A DNA stretch of 64,000 nucleotides, from assembly GCF_006345805.1 (NCBI RefSeq), contig NC_043001.1:7378001-7442000 (forward strand), read 5' to 3'. Under the pieces are notes generated by a model that was not told the origin of the DNA, searched no databases, and worked only from the letters and a program-made list of their open reading frames with translations. The stretch comes from Octopus sinensis (taxonomy: Eukaryota). A program made the position numbers and the translations under genes. Shown piece by piece: positions 1 to 12,665 of this stretch (position 1 is the stretch's first letter; each line of letters begins with the position of its first letter).

Positions 1-1766
1 CTGGAGACCAGAAACTAAAGTGGTTCAGCTTGAATGTACTTTTGTGCGCGTTTATTTAGTCACTTACTGAAATGCGTTTACTGATGTCATTACATATTTT
101 CATTTTTTTTTTGTTTTAATATCCTCCATGAAAAATAAACAATAGTATACGGTAGCGTTGCAGGTAAATTACGAGATATGAATGTAAAATATATTTCTGC
201 GAAATGTTTGAGAGGTCGAATTTTTGGGAATTCAAATCGTGTTTTACTACTCCTGATCATTATGTAGGGAAATAACGTGACGAGGCCGTATAGAAATTGA
301 AGAGTTTGTCACCACATACTTCATTAATGAATGAATACATACATACATTCATACATACAAAGCTAATTCGAAGACTACGGATACAATCCATCACTGCAAC
401 TATAAAAATATGTAAAGATTTCCAGGAATATATCATTTAAATATAAAAATGTGCATGTCTATATATGTAACTATATGCATGAGAATACATATATAAAACA
501 TATATAAACCTGCACATACATGCATACATGCGTACTATTAAATATAGGCAAAAAACGAAGTAAAAACATAAACAAATAGTTGTTATTATTACAATTTAAA
601 TAGCATATAGTTGATGTGACTATAAAGATGAGAGGAGTGAAGGTGAAATAGGGAATAAAGGTAGGAATACGGAAAAATATAGAAATCAATGTCGCGGAGA
701 TAAATGAGCAGGGAATGAAATTAGTCAATAGATATAAAGGTTTAATTTATTTATGCATTGATATATATTTTATTTATGTATTGATACAGTAGCTGTGTTT
801 TAGTATAAATAAAAATGTATTAATAGATAAAAAAAAAACTAACTTAGTATCATGTGAGAGGCATATGCAATGGTTTTAGGGTATTAGTGATATTCAAGTA
901 ATTGGTGGGTACTGTCAGTTATGTATATAAGAAATGATACGGTTAGAAGGATGCTCATAAGTGTACAAAATATTTATACATGATGTGGGAAAAAATAATC
1001 TTAAAAGGAGAAATGTGTTTGTATATTTACTCATACGTGAGTAGAGGCATATTTGCACATTAGTATATATAGATATTGGAATTCTAGTTGTTGTATGATT
1101 AGGTTATACATAAATACATCCTACAAAATTATAAATATACGGTACAAAGATAGAAGAGGCACACACATAGAAAAAATACACACATATAATAAGTAGTATG
1201 CCTATGTATGCGGAACATACGTATATACGCAAATACACACGTCCATATTAAAAATATATGTTGTTATTAACATGTAGTAAACAAACTCAAATCAATATTT
1301 ATACACACATATATGACTTATAAGGTCCATACCTATATATACACACATGGTTGTAGACATTTTGGGCGCCAAGAAGTACTATATGTGCATACATGTGTGC
1401 ATATATCAGCAGTAAAATATATGTAATTATAAGGTAATATTTAGAATGGGTATATTGAGGGGGGGGGCACGTTATCCAAATAATATAAAGTACAAAAACT
1501 TATAGGTATATTACATAGTAAGTAAAGATAATTTCCTTTATCCTGCCATATATAGAGAAAAAATGTTTTGGGAGATAAAGATAAAGTGATAGCCCTATAT
1601 ATGGTGGGTCATGCAATTGTTAGAAGGAATTGTTTAATAAAAAAGTACAAAGATAGGGTAAGATGTAGTGATGTAATGGGGACGTGATGAGTGATTATAT
1701 TCCATAAAAAGGGTGATATATAGATTTATTTTAAAAGACTAATCTAAACAAGAAAAGAGTGAAGAA

Positions 1767-2462
1767 TTATTTAAGATTGATTAATAGGAATTTGGTCATG
1801 TGTTTACATGACTAAACTTTTCTATCGCTAGTACTAAGCAAATTTCCATACGTTCTTATGTTATAGTTTTCCTCCAAACACAACCTATAAATGTTATTAT
1901 TTCTGTAAGAGGGGGCAGAAGATAGGATTTTCCAAGAGATGGAGAAATCAGTATTATTTCTTTTGAGGTTCCAAATTCTTTTACATAGACTTGTACTATT
2001 CTCTTTTCTAGGGTGCCTAAAAGAAGATCTTTAATGATAACCCACGTATATGTATCTAGAGGAGTCCTGATGAATTATCGTTGCTTAGTATACAACTCCT
2101 TTCATTTTACAATTTCTATCTACTTCATAGGCATTTCGTTCTCTGCAATTACAATTTGAATTAGTTGGTGGTACTATCCTGTTATGTCTATACTTTTGGG
2201 GGATGGATAATGGAGTTATGGTTATTGTCAGTATTATATTTGTTAATTAAAGGATTATTTGATGTACTAGATACCGTTGGCGTAGTTTTCTTAATTATAC
2301 AATAGATCCAGTTTCTTATTGTCAAAGGAAGAGATTATCCTAAAGAAAGTTGGAGAAGCTGGAAATCCAAATCTATTTTTTTTAATTATTAAGTATTTTA
2401 GCATATTTACAATTTTGAAGTTTTTATTAATTATCATTCTAATGGATCTAAAAAAGTTAGAT

Positions 2463-2463
<1 letters not shown>
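1767..2463 (-). mobile_element. Penelope-like retroelement remnant: linker plus GIY-YIG endonuclease (pseudogenised)
   Basis: Minus-strand translation across stops and frameshifts reads FPASPTFFRIISSFDNKKL...SNCNCRERN...GVVY*ATIIHQDSSRYIYVG...RSSFRHPRKENSTSLCKRIWNLKRNNTDFSISWKILSSAPSY...RLCLEE...CKHMTKFLLINLK*. This matches the PLE Cys-linker/GIY-YIG C-terminus. It abuts (TA)n at ~2470. Confidence 0.85.
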
Positions 2464-2532
<69 letters not shown>

Positions 2533-2549
2533 GTGTGTGTGTGTGTGTA

Positions 2550-2800
2550 CTGCTAACGACATCGATAAGAATGCATTTTGCACATAGCAGCCAAATTAAG
2601 GGTTTCATTCACTGTATCTACCGCAATAGGGTTTGTTCAACAGAGCATTCATTTTTAAGTGAGGATAAAAATTATCACTAGGTATTAAGACTGCCTTTGT
2701 CACTAACATATTGTCTAACGAATGAGCTGTCTAATCGCTGCACCAGCGCCTGTGCCTAGCAATGTCAATGTATTTATCACTTACAGGACCTGACCTGATA
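2550..2800 (+). mobile_element. Possible decayed Penelope-like RT thumb fragment
   Basis: QIKGFIHCIYRNRVCSTEHSFLSE resembles the PLE RT C-terminal 'LIHRALRICS...LDEE' motif; heavily decayed. Confidence 0.35.
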
Positions 2801-4472
2801 TTCTGCTGACACTAGCGGTCGAGAACCATCATTCATAAGACCAAACAAACCAGAAATCATATGAGCTGGTGGTATTGGCACTGAAGCTAGCAGACATTTG
2901 TCACCCTGATAGTGATATAAACAAGAGTGAATTTCCAACCAAACCATAAAGCACACATTAGACTTTCATGAAACACTGCAGTAAAATTATTTCTAATAAA
3001 GCGTCCATCCTTTCCATATTAATATTGCCTCTGTCGTTAATATACATAAATATATATTGTATATACAAAAAAAGAAGAAAACTGCTTATCGAATCCAGAA
3101 AGGACGAAAGGAATATATAGGTTCTCGTCAAAATATTCTTCCGTTTTCTGTCGCGTAAAATCACATTCCAGTTATACTATAACAGAAAGAAAAGGAATTG
3201 AAGTAAATTAAAAATTATCCTTTAATCACATAAGTATAAACATTTCAAATGTTTCTCTCACAAAAATCACGTGACGTGGCAATATCTGTATTACCGCATC
3301 TTAGTAGCAGCAGGAATAGCATTTGAAACAGTTGTAATTGTCGCTTTTCCTTGACTCTTCCCATTTTCTCTTTAAGCTTCCAGATGACTGCCTATAGAGC
3401 AGTTGCATGACACATTAGGGTTGTCAAAGGGTTGAAATTTGGTTGCTATTCATCTGACGGATCCAGTAGAAAAGGTTTTTCCCTGTCCAGCCGTTTGCCT
3501 TTGTTTGCTGATAACTTAGCTTCATAATTATTAGTATGTACTATATATGTATATGTACTTGTGGTACTAAATCTACGTGCGTAAGAACTTTAGCTTAAAC
3601 TTGTATTAATGTGTTTATCCTTGTAATTCATATATATATATGTGTGTATGTGCATATATATGTGGGGGGGGGGCGTGTGTGTTTATGTGTTTGTGCCTAT
3701 ATATGTGCATCTATGCGTACATGTATGTCTGATAACAAATATGCGTGTATACATGTACGGTAGTGTAGTTCTGTGTGTAGGTGTATATATGATCGTCTCA
3801 GCTGTTCAACAAGACTACTTCACATATTCCAATCCCTCTTATCAATGACAACTACCAGCATGTGCTCCAACGTTAATTAATAATCGTCATATTGCTAAAG
3901 GCGATGATACGAGAATAAGTTGCAGAATTTAAATTTGACATAGAAATTAATGTATCACCATATTTTATTAAACATATAATATATACTGTTAGTCAGAATT
4001 TTCGGGTATTATATATATTTTTGACCTTTTGATCGGCGAGCAAAATACATATTTCACTTGTCGATGAACCATTCAGCACTGCGAAATGGAGTTGTAAGTT
4101 ACGTAAATATTATACTGAAACAGAATGTATTGTTAAACGATGAAATGTTATCTTCCGTAGAGCAGTAAACTTTGAATTTGTGCTGCAGTATTCAATTCGT
4201 CAAGATAATGTATAACGACATCAAGGACGAATATTGAGTAGTATGCAAAATATTTCTAAACCATAGCCAGATATGAATAATGTGTAATTGCATCTCTATA
4301 ATTTTCTTGCTTCAAACTTAACAGCGCATGAAGATGAAATAGAAATCGCACATATCTACTATAACTATAATATTAAGTCATCTAATTGCCAGAATGATTA
4401 ACACATGCAATACAAAATACTAATCAGAAAATCTTTCAGCTCTTTATGTTCCCAGTCGATCTCACGCAATTA

Positions 4473-4703
4473 GCGGCGAGCTGGCAGAAACGTTAGTACG
4501 CCGGGCGAAATGCTTAGCGGTATTTCGTCTGCCGCTACGTGCTGAGTTCAAATTCCGCCGAGGTCGACTTTGCCTTTCATCCTTTCGGGGTCGATTAAAT
4601 AAGTACCAGTTACGCACTGGGGTCGATATAATCGACTTAATCCGTTTGTCTGTCCTTCTTTGTCCTCTCTGTGTTTAGCCCGATGTGGGTAATAAAGAAA
4701 TAG
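4473..4703 (+). mobile_element. SINE family A (tRNA-like head plus MetaSINE-like core)
   Basis: GGCGAGCTGGCAGAAACGTTAG head, GAGTTCAAATTCC B-box, GTCGACTTTGCCTTTCATCCTTTCGGGGTCGAT core and ...GTGGGTAATAAAGAAATA tail. Near-perfect 14-bp TSD GAT(C/A)TCACGCAATT at 4458-4471 and 4703-4716. Confidence 0.9.
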
Positions 4704-5266
4704 ATATCACGCAATTTTGACTTTTAGCTGTTCGAGGCTGATAACGTAAGATACTATTCAAGAACAGACGCTGATATAATTGTTTTGCACCTTTCCCTCG
4801 AGATTTCCGGTCTTATGCCCAACGAAATATCAGCATCCGCTTCAGTGAGATTCCTATGATGATAGCCATAAAAGACAGGTGATTGGCATTATGAGTCTTT
4901 GGCCTTGACAAAATTCTATTTATAAATTGTAAAATTCTTTTAAACACAAAATGCCTTGCAAAAATAATATAAAATTACCTAAAGTCTGATAAAAGATTAT
5001 AAATGGATCATTACTAAAGTATACGAACAGTTTTTCATTTTGTGATTATGTTCGTAGAAATTACACGGACATTTCTAAAAATTGTATACCTGGATGTGAC
5101 TGAATAAGTGACCGAGATAATTAGATACACCATTTACTGGGGGACCGTTCTGTTTTAATATCTCATATTTCACACTGTGTGCTTAGTAGCAATAGAGTAT
5201 GTAGAAGTAGCTTATATACATGCCTAAAAATGTGTGTGCTTTTGTGAGCGTATACATATGTATGTT

Positions 5267-5306
<40 letters not shown>

Positions 5307-5372
5307 TACATATATCAATATCAGTATATATATATATGTATATATATATATATGTATATGATATATATACGT

Positions 5373-5414
<42 letters not shown>

Positions 5415-5419
5415 TATAA

Positions 5420-5879
5420 TAATAAATATTAGGGATTAAATCCAAATTTACAGGGAAAAATCAGATTTAGGACTGAATCCAATTTTATAGTAAAATATTA
5501 TATAATATTAATTAGAGACAAAACCATACAAATCAAACAAAGAAAGACTTAATCAAATACATAAAAAAATTTATATAAATTAAATAAAATTAAGTTATCC
5601 ACTACAATTGTTTCGTGTCTCTTCTAAGGACATTCATCAGGTGGTATTCAGATCTAAAAATAATCAATATTTTAAGATATAAATTTAAAATGACTAAAAA
5701 ATATAAATAATATAAATTTATCAATGAAAAAATATATATATAATCTATATATAATCTATATATAATCTATATATAATCAAGAACTAAAATAACCTCTATA
5801 AACAATTGAATATAATGAAACCTAGTATTGGATTAAGTCTTTCTTTGTTTGATTTGCATAATAGTGGTTTTGTCTCTAA

Positions 5880-5890
<11 letters not shown>
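5420..5890 (-). mobile_element. Short Penelope-type (pLTR-like) insert in (TA)n with inverted terminal segment and hammerhead
   Basis: 5500-5560 is the reverse complement of ~5825-5890. Contains the hammerhead at 5599-5644 and is flanked on both sides by (TA)n. Confidence 0.65.
5599..5644 (-). ncRNA. Minimal type I hammerhead ribozyme
   Basis: Reverse complement reads CCAC-CUGAUGA-AUGUC(cuuagaaga)GACAC-GAAA-CAAUUG-UA-GUGG. All core nucleotides and stems I and II are present; stem III is palindromic (ACAAUUGU) with a GUA cleavage triplet. Confidence 0.8.
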
Positions 5891-5918
<28 letters not shown>

Positions 5919-5940
5919 TATATATATAATATATATATAT

Positions 5941-6298
5941 TTATTATATAGAAGGAGCTTCTACAGGACTAGAACTGTTTCATTCAAGAGAAATCTTCAG
6001 GAAGCTAGTTAAAAGAATTGTATTGGCATTTATACATTTAGGCAGGTTTAAAGGGGTGGTGGTGGGGGACTTTTTGGGGGTAGGCATAGCGCAAAAAAAT
6101 CATACTTGGGGGAGTGGTCAAGGAGTCAGTGGTAAATTAGACAGAAGAATAATAAAGAATAAAAAAAGGAGAATAAAAAAATATATAGAGGAATAGAGTT
6201 TTAGGTAAATAAGGAAAATCTCACTTATACCTATACACAAATGTATACATATACACACACACACACATATATACATACTCACATACATACACACACAC

Positions 6299-6343
<45 letters not shown>

Positions 6344-6372
6344 TACATATACATACATATATCTACACAGAC

Positions 6373-6415
<43 letters not shown>

Positions 6416-6559
6416 CTATATATACATACACATATACATGCACATACATATACACACACACATGTATATATACACACACACACACGACCACACATACACA
6501 TATACACATATGCACACACAACACACAAGTCCCTATATACTCATATGTACTTATACACA

Positions 6560-6596
<37 letters not shown>

Positions 6597-6700
6597 TCTA
6601 GTCCTGTAGAAGCTCCTTCTATATAATAAATTAATTTTACTCTGCTATGTATTGAGTACCTTATTTACTGTGGTTAACCCCGAATCAACCCGGGACCTAC
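5941..6700. mobile_element. Second short Penelope-type insert with inverted partial copy, microsatellite-interrupted
   Basis: 5941-5974 is the reverse complement of 6596-6629 (TTCTAGTCCTGTAGAAGCTCCTTCTATATAATAA). Hammerhead at 5956-6006; (TA)n flanks. Confidence 0.6.
5956..6006 (-). ncRNA. Type I hammerhead ribozyme
   Basis: Reverse complement reads AGCUUC-CUGAAGA-UUUC(ucuu)GAAU-GAAA-CAG(uucuaguc)CUG-UA-GAAGCU: 6-bp stem I, intact core, stems II and III, GUA triplet. Confidence 0.85.
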
Positions 6701-7559
6701 ATATATATATATATATATATATATACTAATCACAACAATTGCTTCAACACTTTATCAGCTGTTAACTCTTGTGTATTGCAAATATTGTATGCACTATTTT
6801 ATTAATATGAGTCAATAAAATTAATAAGTATATCAACGCAGTTATAAATGCGAAATTTGGTGAGACAAGTCTCAATGCACTGCTGCAGCAACTTTAATTT
6901 CTCCACATTTTATAAACCAGACAGAAATGCTATTCTTAAAATTCCTCAAAGCGGAACAACGAAATACATAAATAAATAAATACGATCATTAATGCAATTT
7001 ACATCGAAAATTCTTTTATCGATTACAATATGTAAAGATTATAATTTTTTTTTCAGAAATTGCATAAAAATCGGATTGAGCCCTTTGGTATCTTCACTGA
7101 TAGCGGGTCAAAAAATAAGAAAAAATATAAATAAATATAAATAGGTTAATAATTATAAAAAAAGAAACACCCTTTCCATGCAAGCAAAGCGGTAAAAATC
7201 GAATATCAAAAGTAAAATCTCTTTATGTCTAGAAATCTAAAATATTACAAATGTTATAAATACTGTACGTCTATAGACTAGAGTTAATAAAGGAGTTTGG
7301 TTTAACGGAAGGTTGGATTTTAATGATTTTTTTTTAAAGTTGACACCGAAAAAATGTTTTTGAAGCTTTCGAGGTAAAATATCATTCCATATGTTAATGC
7401 TCATATAAATTGATATATAAGGGTGTTTCCAAATTCAAATCAGTGACACAACATGTTTGGTGGTTATGAGGGAATGAATGACAACGGATAATTTCGTACA
7501 AATAAGAATGGTGGTGAGGATGAAATATTCGAGGAACTTCATGGCAGTGATGTATATAT

Positions 7560-7692
7560 AATAACAACAACAACAACACAAATAAAAATAATGATAATAA
7601 TATTAATTATTATTATTATTATCATTATTATTATAATTATTATTATTATTATTGTTGTTGTTGTTGTTGTTGTTGTTATTGTTATTATTATT
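7560..7692. repeat. Compound (AAC)n/(ATT)n/(GTT)n microsatellite
   Basis: Trinucleotide runs seen directly. Confidence 0.9.
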
Positions 7693-7769
7693 AAAAGAAT
7701 GTAATTTTCATTGAGGATTGTTTATCTTGAGTATTTCATGATTTATGAATGGCATGGGTGAGTAAGCGA

Positions 7770-8050
7770 CATTGTTTAAGCCCGTTGTTTATATGCGTGT
7801 GTATATATATATGCGTGTGTATATGTATGTATGTATATATGTATATATATATATTATATATATATATATATATATTTGTGCGTGTGTGCGTGTGCACTTA
7901 TGTGTGTGTGTGTTTGTTCCCCACTATCGCTTCACAACATATGTTGGTGTGTTTATGTCGCCGTAACCTAGTGGTTCGGCAAAAGAGCACGATAGAATAA
8001 GTAATTGGATTACAAAGAATAAATTCTGGGTTCGATTTGTTCGACTAAAG
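7770..8050 (+). mobile_element. SINE family B, 3' partial
   Basis: Microsatellite followed by GTTTGTTCCCC...GTGGTTCGGCAAAAGAG...GATAGAATAAGTA, matching the full copies. Confidence 0.7.
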
Positions 8051-8509
8051 TTTAAGGTACATACAATCGTACACAAATATATTTATCTAGACATAAAATC
8101 GCAATTTCCAATCTCCTCAACGTGTACCAATTCAAAAGACTCCATTTACGAAACCAACAATTCCACTCAAACATTAATGCTTTGCTCTATTTATATCCAT
8201 TCATTTGGAATTACAAGTTTATGTTTAAAGTGGTATTCAATTCTGTATGCTAAACTTATATGCTTTGCTCGTCCTTAAGTACATGCTTCTACATATTGCT
8301 AAGCGTATAATAAAACCGCTATAGAAATACTTTCAATGTTTATTCTATGATTACACCTCGTAAGTGCATACAGATTTATACTCAATGATAAATACATCGA
8401 TCGTGTAGTTGCTTCGTTCTTAAAGTTCAATCTTATAGACATATAACCTATTAGGAAATTACATGTATACGTATGTAGCTACATAGTTCCGGCTTTGTTC
8501 CCACAGCGT

Positions 8510-8835
8510 TGTACCTTTGGTGTCTCCTATAATATCCCCCAAGTAACTGTAACCACGACAGTGAATTTGATAGACGGAAACTGGAAAAAAATAAGCGTGT
8601 CGTATATGTGTATGCACATGTGTATGTATGTGTGTTTATCTATTTCTCTGTGTGTCTTTGTCCGTGTTTGTCCCCCACTACCGATTGAAAACCGCTCTTG
8701 GTGTGTTTACGTCGTCGTGAGTTAGCACTAAAGACGCGAGAGAGTACGTACTAGGCGTTAAGAAGGCCCGTTTCCTCGGACTAAAACCCTTTAAGTTGGT
8801 GCCCCAGCATCGTGTCAGTCAAAATTTCTGAAACA
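8510..8835 (+). mobile_element. SINE family B, diverged
   Basis: GACGGAAACTG...GTCGTATATG...GTTTGTCCCC...GGTGTGTTTACGTC...GGTGCCCCAGCAT. Confidence 0.6.
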
Positions 8836-8839
8836 GTCA

Positions 8840-8927
<88 letters not shown>

Positions 8928-8995
8928 GTCTATCTATCTGTCTATCTATCTGTGCGTGTGTGTGTGTATGTATGTGTGTGTATGTGTATATGTGT
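8840..8995. repeat. (TCTA)n plus (TG)n microsatellite
   Basis: Seen directly. Confidence 0.95.
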
Positions 8996-11233
8996 AGAAA
9001 AGCCAGTCGCCACATAGATGTGGCTGTTGAATGTTACTACTACGTTCAACCCAGGCAGTTTCCCCACCAGCTTGTTATCAGTGCAGCTCTGCACCCTTTG
9101 TATGCAATATATATTTAGCACGTGGAGAGCGAGTTCCTGCCACCCTGCAGCAGGTATCAGGATCGCGTGATTGACTAACTTTCAATCTATATGGTTCATC
9201 GTCAGTGGCAAGATCCTGTACGCCAGGGCTATAGCCAGCCTCCTCAGACGCTTAGAATATATTGTAAACAAAGTAACCACCAGTCTCTGATTTGCAACAA
9301 CCAAAATAACTAGCTCTAAAATCTCAGAAAGGACTAGAATAGCAATTATACTAAACAATAAAGTTAATCGCCTCATTATATATATATATATAGAGAGAGG
9401 GGGGAGACATGTGTATGCATGATAATAACAATAATAATAAATAAATACGTGAATAATTACATTTATAAGTACAAATAAGTTATTTCATTGTATGTCCAGT
9501 TACGTCATTAATTTTGGTAGAGTAAACCTTCATTTAAGACCTATAAGGAAATTTCACGGTGACATTTAAGATTCCTACATATATATCGTTATATCCATAG
9601 CGAAAATATTACATAATTCAATCTTTCACTTTCGAATTCGCAAATCGTGTCTCAAATATATGTGAATTGTGTATTATAAATCTTTCGATCCGCTGGTATT
9701 CCATTTCTCGAAAAAACAGTATTAAACATATTATTATTTATACAAATTTGTGGCTGATTTTAGCTGTGTTTAATTTTGTCCCTCGGGTCTATGTTGAAGT
9801 TATTTCACAAGTGTCTTTTCCATATTTTAGTCGTTTTACTATGATGTTTGTTCTGTTTTAACTACATTGTCTATTAAACAGAAGAACCGTTTATATATTC
9901 TCGTACTGAGGCGAGAACGTATATTTCTTTGTTTCAGTCGTAATGTCTTCTACGCCGTCCTGTGATGGTGGAATCTTGTTGTTTTAAGCGCATTATTTTT
10001 ATAGTCACACGGTGAGATAAAACAACCAGATATTAATTAAAGAAACATGAAAAAAAAACCCACACACAAAATAAAACAGAGTAAAGAGAATTTTATATAT
10101 GTGTTTCTTTGAGAAAAAGAGTATGTGTAAGTCTGGCGATATTGCTGCGCAAATGAATTAAAATAATTCATTGCTATATAATGAGATATCATAATTGAAT
10201 AGAAATAATATAATGGATATTACTAAGATTGAAGAATATTAAAAAAAATAATAAAATGAAAATATTTATGGAAAAAAAATAGACGGGTGTAATATTTGAT
10301 TAGAAAGAAGTGGCAAATTATAAAGCTGTATAAAATAAAAAATCGTATTTTCATGTGAATAAGTCAAAATGCCGACTGAAATGTCTGGCAGTGAATTATG
10401 CTGCGTTACTTGCGAATAGTTCACAAGGTTTAATGACAAACACGCATCAAAAGATTATTTTATTCCCGGTTGATTTTACATGAATGTAGCCAGACATGCT
10501 GTCTACACACTGGGGAAATGTGGCGCCAACATCAAAGAATGATGTTTGTTTAGTTAAGCACTTGACCAATGAATTTTATTATCTGCAGTCTACTCATTTC
10601 TAATTCACAATACAAACGTTGAATTCATCAGCTATTTTGTACAGCTGACAATTGTTACAGCCTTATGGTGATTACGAAAGAAATGATCGGATGGATTAAT
10701 CGGAAGTTCCAATCATAAAATCAGCCGACATTATTTATTATGATAGCTCTCTATTTCTAATTTACCATTTTAATGTTGTTGTTGTCGTTTTTTATTCAGA
10801 CATGTAAGGTTTCTATGGTTCCGCTGATGACAATGTGTACCAATGTTTTCTCTAGGATTTTGTTTGTATGAAATAGAATTCTCTTGCCGAAATATAAAAG
10901 AAAGAAGGTAAACAAAAACAAAAACGAACAATTAATGAATATGGCTAAAATATAAATAGACAGTACTAAAATTGAAGCATAGAAATTATTCTCATTATAA
11001 CAACGGATGGCATCATCACTGATAAATTAAGCGATGCGCATATTATAGTCTACCTGGGTTCATTTCTACATGCGTAATTTCGGAAAACATAAGAAAGATT
11101 AAACACAAATGCTCAAAAACAAGCGTGCGCACTCGTACACATATAAATAGAGGGAGACATACACGTATCTGTTGCTTATGTCTGCACAAAGTTATATCAC
11201 TATCTCAGTTTTCTTATACACAATATATATATA

Positions 11234-11311
<78 letters not shown>

Positions 11312-11970
11312 GAGACGGAGTGAGAGTGAGAAGGAGAGATAGAAAGAGGGGAGAGAGAGGGGAGAGAGAGAGGAGAAGAGAGGATAGAGAGATAATTGCA
11401 TATATGTATATATGTATATATATATATATATTATATACTATATATATATATATATAGTCTTTTCACAGTCGAACAATGATGATGATGACATATATATATA
11501 TATATCAATCTATAGATTTATATTTCTATTACTTATCACTATGTCCGCTTTATACACACACACACATACATACTTACATACATACATATATATATGTATA
11601 TGTTTGCATAAGCATTCACGAGTGCGTGTAAATTTGGGTTAGCACACACACACATACTCACACAAACACATACATAATACATGGCTTTTATATAGATATA
11701 TTCTAAAGTAAGAATGTTCTCTGCACTTTAATATTTTAATGACAGAATGTTGTGTTTCTTTAAGCAAAAAACAGTTGGTTTTTCAAACGTGTGTGTGTTT
11801 CTGTCTATCTATCTACCTATCTATCCGTCTTGGCTCGAAAAGTTAAAAACTTTTTCACTTCCCGAACGTTAAACGAAAATATATGTCAGTTGTCTACACC
11901 ACCTGTCTTGGTATTTTTGTTTATATATATGCCTATAAGTAATATATAACGTATATACAACACACACACC

Positions 11971-12028
<58 letters not shown>

Positions 12029-12041
12029 GTATGTATATATA

Positions 12042-12073
<32 letters not shown>

Positions 12074-12078
<5 letters not shown>

Positions 12079-12601
12079 ATAGTAAAGTGTGAAAAAACGA
12101 CAGAAGGCTTAAATGTTAAAAATATATATATTTGTGTCAAAATGTCTGGAGAAATATTGGAAAATTTTTTTTCCTTTCCTTAAAATGACATAATTTAAAA
12201 TTTTTTAAAGAAATTACCGGTTTCGCGTGTAGCTTTTTCAAATTTCTTGTGACGTTATATTTATATTGCATGGAATTATCGTTGTTTTTATTTCCAGGAG
12301 ATTTCTAAATAAGGGGAGGTAGTGAGTGATTTTTTCCGGTGTAGGGGAGATAATCGCTTAAAAATTTTTTTCCCTTTTCCCTTGTTAATTTCTCTGTGTC
12401 AGTATGTTCGGATGGTTGAGTCTGGGTTTGTACTTTTCAATGAAGAATGTTTCCTTGTTCAGTCTCATTTGTGTTGATGATCCGAAAGCACATTGGTAAA
12501 ATGGGAAGATTATAAATTGTGGCAGTAGTTGCTTTGCGCATTTCTCAATGTGCTCACTAAAAGGTATCATATTCTGGGAATGCAATCTGTTGTCGATGCA
12601 G
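12074..12601 (-). mobile_element. Penelope-like 3' fragment: GIY-YIG C-terminus plus 3' UTR with hammerhead
   Basis: Minus strand reads HRQQI...MIPFSEHIEKCAKQLLPQFIIFPFYQC...RLNKETFFIEKYKPRLN, typical of a PLE endonuclease end. The hammerhead lies ~135 nt past the stop on the same strand. (TA)n on both flanks. Confidence 0.75.
12208..12248 (-). ncRNA. Minimal hammerhead, U3-A8 core variant
   Basis: Reverse complement reads AAGAAAU-UUGAAAA-AGC(uacac)GC-GAAA-CCGG-UA-AUUUCUU: 7-bp stem I, palindromic ACCGGU stem III, very short stem II. Confidence 0.6.
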
Positions 12602-12624
12602 TATATATATATATATATATATAT

Positions 12625-12665
<41 letters not shown>

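Noticed and set aside
9170-9208. Minus-strand CTGACGA...GAAA
   Set aside because: Stems I and III cannot be formed.
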